64,000 nt of DNA, from assembly GCA_946965045.2 (NCBI GenBank), contig OX337238.1, forward strand, positions 1,302,001 to 1,366,000, written 5' to 3'. The DNA is from Epithemia pelagica. Lineage: Eukaryota > Protista > Bacillariophyta. The notes under the pieces are model-generated. The model worked only from the letters and a program-made list of their open reading frames with translations, made no database searches and was not told the origin of the DNA. Positions 59,124 through 64,000 of the stretch are shown here, piece by piece; within the stretch, counting starts at the first letter, position 1; the number at the start of each line of letters is the position of its first letter. The position numbers and the translations under genes were made by a program.

Positions 59124-61342
59124 TTATCTATGGGAATCTTCGTCCGCAGATGAGAGCACGGAAGATGAATCAAGTGTCATGTCCTTTCTCACCGATCCAA
59201 AGCAAAATTCAATCGCTCTATCAGCCAAGAGACGGGACGTTGCGACCACATGCCCCTTGTACGAACGACCAAGAAAGATCATTTCGGAACGGTACCCATT
59301 CATGAGAACCTGTTTTCGCTTGTACGAGGAGTCCATTGATGATCCAAACTTAGTCTTGAGACTTTCTGCGACTTCGGCTCGTGGTAGCCAGCCCCCCTTT
59401 TCGTTCAAAAGCTGTACAACACTTTCTTCTTCTCGCGACGTGTCCTTTGTATCGGGGGGAACAGGTAACAAGGCAGCTTCATGGTTTTCGGGAAGGCTGA
59501 TGCGTGGTTGTTTGAATTCGCTCTTGGTGAAGCGCACCACAAAACCACGTCGCACGGCTTCGTCAATCCAATGATTGCTGGAGGCTCTTGCTGAAAACGT
59601 ACCGTACGTTGGACTCTGATCCGAAAGATAACTTTGGAGGTCGTACTCCGCAACACAAACTTCATCGTTTTCTGCCATCTTTGATACAATTGCCAACACC
59701 CGTTGGGCTGCTTCCAACTTTTTTGGCTCTTCCATTCGTCCCCATGAACTGCAGGTACTACAAAAAACACCATCGTCATCGCGGTTGGCTTGGTCAGAAC
59801 CAATTTCATTAAATGGCATGTTGCAAAGCGAGCATTTCTTCTCCTCAATCAAGACACAGCGCCAGTCACCAAGGACTCCTGACCGGATCCAAGGGAACTC
59901 TGAAGCTGTTTTTTGTGCATTCATCAACGTGTGGTGCATCAAGATCAACCATTTGTTGTTATGATAGTATACATAGGTCCATTTTGGATACAAAGCACCA
60001 GGCTCGCAATCTCTTAGTGCCACGACGATCACAAACGGTAATTCTACAGCCAGTTGAAGAACTTTGCTAGGAATGGTGCCAAGATCAGGAGGCAGGGTAT
60101 GCGAGAGTGCCATTTTCGAACGGCGATTGCGCTTGGTCTGCACCACAGTGAATTCGCCATCCACGGGAGGAGGTAAACTCAACACTTTAGTCGCGCCAGC
60201 ACCTGCTCATTGGTCGACCGGGAGGAGGTTTGTCAGGACTTGTTTTACTTTTGTGCTGGTAAAATTATGTGTCCATGACTTACCAGTTTCAATCACGTAA
60301 CCGCTGTCAATGACTTGCGCAAAGAAACTACGAATGGCGTCTCTATCCTGGAATCGAACCGGGTTTTGCAATCGCAGCATACCACCAACCTGAGATTTCA
60401 GCATAGAATAATATAAACCATCTGATTTGGTTCCGTTTTCCTTCAAAATCGTGCGCAGAAACTCAACAGTGTCCACCCATTCTTCCTCTTCGGTCAATGG
60501 CTTTAGCTCAAAGTTATCAGATTCTTTATTGTCCGGTTTCTCTTCATCCTCAGCCTCGCCACTGGAAAGCACTTTATCTCTAAAACTCATCATGGTCTCT
60601 TTTTGCAACGGAATGGTTGGTTTCGGGCTGTCCTCTCTTCCTTGACTGTCCTCTATTCCTTGACTACCATCTGCAGTATCCTCCGGGGCGTCCGATGCGG
60701 ATGAAGCGTTTCTGGATGAAATTGGAACACTCAGCGACGATTCTGGCTTCACGGGAACATGGGGAGAAGCTCCACCCACGACACTTCGATATTGCAAAAT
60801 ATCTGTCTCCCATCGCATTTTCATATCACAGTTCACATGTAGCATGGACTGTAACGTTCCCTTGGAGATTACAATCGTCCGCCACTGAGGTCGTTGCAAC
60901 ACGGCCAACAAATAGGCATAGTCAACATCTCCCGTCACAAAGCACAGTCAACATCTCCCGTCACAAAGCACAAGGTGGCCGCTTGTGGATGATTAAAGGC
61001 AAACTGCATGGCGTCCACAATAATCATCTTATCCGCCACCTCCTTCCGTCCACTATGAGGACAATCCACCAAATGGCATCCCGACAACTGCAAATCCGAT
61101 CTCTTGTGCTGTGGAATTTGTCCAAGTCCAATACTGGCATAACCACGAAACTGCACCAAATCTCCATGGGGCGAAAGACTTGTTTTTAAGCGACGTACGA
61201 CGTCACGACCACTGCTACTCGTGGGTATGGGCATGTTTTCCAAATCCCAAAAAATGGCCATGGGTGCTTCTCGACGTTGTACCGCTGCCGTGGCCACATT
61301 GACAATGTCTCGAGCGGCCAACACGGGTATTCCACCCTCCAA
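59124..61342 (-). pseudogene. NYN-domain RNase (MARF1/Limkain-b1-like) with winged-helix/LOTUS-like and CxxC regions, frameshifted by a 26-bp tandem duplication
   Basis: AIFWDLEN, KEVADKMIIVD, VTGDVD motifs; duplication 60920-60945 / 60946-60971; intron 60283-60203 (gtaagt...ctgac...gcag) joins the downstream ORFs in frame. Confidence 0.8.
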
Positions 61343-61434
61343 GAGGTCATTTACATGTCTTTGGTGTCACGACGAAACGAATCCCAAGAAGCTCCCAGTT
61401 CAATTAACCGATCAGCCCAACGATTAATGGACGG

Positions 61435-61684
61435 CTGATTGGAAAGGTTCTTGGCCCATTCCTCAAAGGTTTCTTCCATGATCCTCAGAGATGAGACAGG
61501 ATATCACTCAGCAACACAACAAGTGCCAACCGTGGTGATTCTCTCGAAAAGTGGAGAGAGGTTGGCACATGTTCCTTTCAGGCCTGCAGCACTAGATTTT
61601 TATCGCGGTTGATGATTGGCCGAGCCATGCTGAGATCAACAAGTTCTCACACCAAATTTCGATTTGTCTTCTGATTGGCTGAGC
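61435..61684 (-). promoter_or_regulatory. Three CCAAT-box-like sites upstream of the NYN gene
   Basis: Plus-strand CTGATTGG 61435, TGATTGGCCGAGC 61613, CTGATTGGCTGAGC 61671, reading CCAATCA on the gene strand. Confidence 0.35.
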
Positions 61685-64000
61685 TGTAGAGTGTCATTCA
61701 CCGACACACGCAACTGGATACATGCTTTTGTGTGAGGCGTTTTCGCACCAGTACACAATGTAAAAGTAAGGGATTTGATTCATTGGAGGAAGCTGGACCA
61801 ACATGTTCACCACTTGCTCCGTTCATGGGAGTCATCGTAGTAATGTCTTGAGTGTTCGGTGTCGACATTCTCTTCATATCTTGTCGGAGTCGCAGATATA
61901 ACTTTCTCTTCTCACAAAAACATTATTTGACAAACACTCATGCAACACTAGGCCTCATTATTTCATTTGCACTCCTGTGTCCTTTGACCCTATGTTGTTT
62001 CATAGCAGAGGAGCGGAGCGCTCGAAAGGGCAATCAGTCAGTGTTGTTGTGCCTTTGTGGAGAGAAGAAAAATGCAAAGAAACCCAGCGATACTACAGCC
62101 GCTTTACCATCAAAATCTAATCTATCGCAGCTACCATCGCAAAGGTCACCATGACCATGCGGGGTACTCCTAGCACTCAACGTAGGGAGTGGGAATAGCT
62201 CAGGGATGAGCCGATAAAACCACAATCGCCCAGCTCTACGTCATTCGTCACCTTGTTGTTTGTGTAAAAGAGAACCTACTTTTCTGAATAGAGAAATTTA
62301 GTTGCACCCCATGCATTGATTGCTGCCGACGAACGCCATTCGAGAGGAAAAAATGATACTCTCTCCATCAAACGGCGAACTACCTACTAGTTGACACGTC
62401 ACAATAAAAAGTTCAGGGCTATGGTAACATGCAATTGTTATATGAGTACAAACATTCAAGTTCTGCTTGGATCAGATGGTTCTATGTGGTAGAGTGGTCT
62501 TCGTTCTGGCCTGGTGGATTTTTATCATGCTGCTGCAGTTTCTCTTGCTGGAACAAACAGTCAGTAAGTAGAGTACCAAGGCATCTGTCGCTGTGGTATA
62601 CTTATTCTTGTCAGGTTCATGCCGACAAGCTGTAAGTTTGAAGCATATACAGGACACACCCCGTGACAATGCACGCACGAAGCACGCTGGTTGAGGTACC
62701 ATTGCCCTCTAGATCGATATCCAAATTAGAATCCTCATCGGAAAGGAAGGGTATTTGTTTGAGGACTTGAAATTGTTGTCGTTGTTGTTGATTCTCTTCC
62801 TTCTGTTGAGGCAAGGGTATGGAAAACCAAAATGCATGAGCAAACATGTTGCGAATAGCTCCATGGCGATCCGACAAGCCGAAATCAGTGCAACCAACGA
62901 TGGTTACATGAAAATCAATGAGCACGTACCATCCACATGATTATGATTCTCGACGTAAGTCTTTGCGGGTATGGAAAGTACAAGTATCGGTACTGGTCGT
63001 CTCTGAAATTGTGACACCATGTGCTCTGGTTCATGTGATGCCCATTATTGTTTCGTTATGCAAGGCAAAGGCGAGAACCGGTTCGAGAGGAACCTTTGAG
63101 ATTTGAGATGATCCATGGACAACGTTGCACCAGAGTCATGAGTCATCTCCCAAGGGTAAAAAGTAGAGGGTTCTCTTTTCGACGATTCGGAACCCATCTT
63201 GAGCGCGCGACTGAAAGAGGCGACGGCACGCTCGCAGTGAGTCGAGAGCGTGACAGTGACATGCCGATTGGCGCCAAGCGTCAAGCGCCTCACCATTCAC
63301 CATGACCCGCGAATCGGGAAGAGGAAGAAGTGGGTTCGGTTCAGCCGGAACCATGGCAACCTGTTTCTACGGTTTTACAAACAGCTTTTTAAACTGGAGG
63401 ATGAGGTACAATGCATACGTATTCCGTTGCCAACGGGCAAGCCTTTGACGCTTTCGAACAAGCCACGGACGTTCCGCATGACATCCAAACTCTTCCCATC
63501 TCGTCCAAAAAAAGGCATGTCGAAATAATATGCTGACTGATTCAAAAATGTCTCTTCGCAAACTTGCATTTTTCTGAATCATCGTCATTCGGATACATAG
63601 CGAAAAGTGGATATTTCTTGGACGATGAGAAAGATTGCCACCACTCGAGCATTAGATGGGCGATTGGGTGCCAGTACCATGAAGAAGAAGAAGAACAAGA
63701 AGAAGCGGCATTGTACCGACACGAAACCGCCATTAGATCCACGACGAGTCCATTCCTCTGCAACTTTCTTACCGACCGTTCCAAGAAAGGCAACACGAAT
63801 TGGATCGAAGCTGAACAGCCACAACAAACGATTTTGGGTTCTCGTCAGCACCCTTGTGGTGGCCTTGTTTGCATTGCTTGTGTTTTCCATTGTAATTGTC
63901 GTACTATTGGAGACTCATACTCCACTCGAAGCATATTCTCCAGGATCGCCCCCAATGCCGTTTTCCAAGGCTGTTCCCAACACCCATTCTTCCACCATAC

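Noticed and set aside
60207-60209. Second nonsense codon in the NYN gene
   Set aside because: It lies inside a well-formed 81-bp intron (60283-60203) whose removal keeps the frame.
62617-63890. Chain of short minus-strand ORFs at the window end
   Set aside because: May be a decayed type II membrane protein gene, but frames change repeatedly and no family motif was identified.

Overview
Eukaryotic, gene-dense DNA with short GT-AG introns, most consistent with a pennate diatom (inferred from gene families and intron style). Bases 1-36 kb are mostly host genes: adenylate kinase, kelch protein, GT32-like glycosyltransferase, membrane-anchored SET protein, two SLC34 Na+/Pi cotransporters, ankyrin protein, HBS1, a head-to-head pair of coiled-coil/EF-hand-like membrane paralogs, GABA aminotransferase, an LRR-like protein and a frameshifted AAA-ATPase/PD-(D/E)XK gene. 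This part also holds a 1.45-kb non-autonomous PIF/Harbinger-type element and a 100-nt hairpin. Bases 36-59 kb are a transposon island. It contains a nearly full-length, decayed two-ORF CRE-like (RLE endonuclease) non-LTR retrotransposon with 96-bp 5' repeats and a nested Stowaway-like mariner MITE, abutting a 5'-truncated ankyrin-DEL gene. It also contains a 12.6-kb segment bounded by an identical 55-bp direct repeat, holding a Helitron-type Rep/PIF1 helicase gene, two divergently transcribed ubiquitin-like genes (one with a SIM-like motif), an orphan gene, minisatellites and a compound microsatellite; this is the best candidate for an undescribed system. A MARF1/Limkain-like NYN gene next to it is frameshifted by a 26-bp duplication at its catalytic motif. 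All assignments come from reading motifs by eye; no database searches were run.
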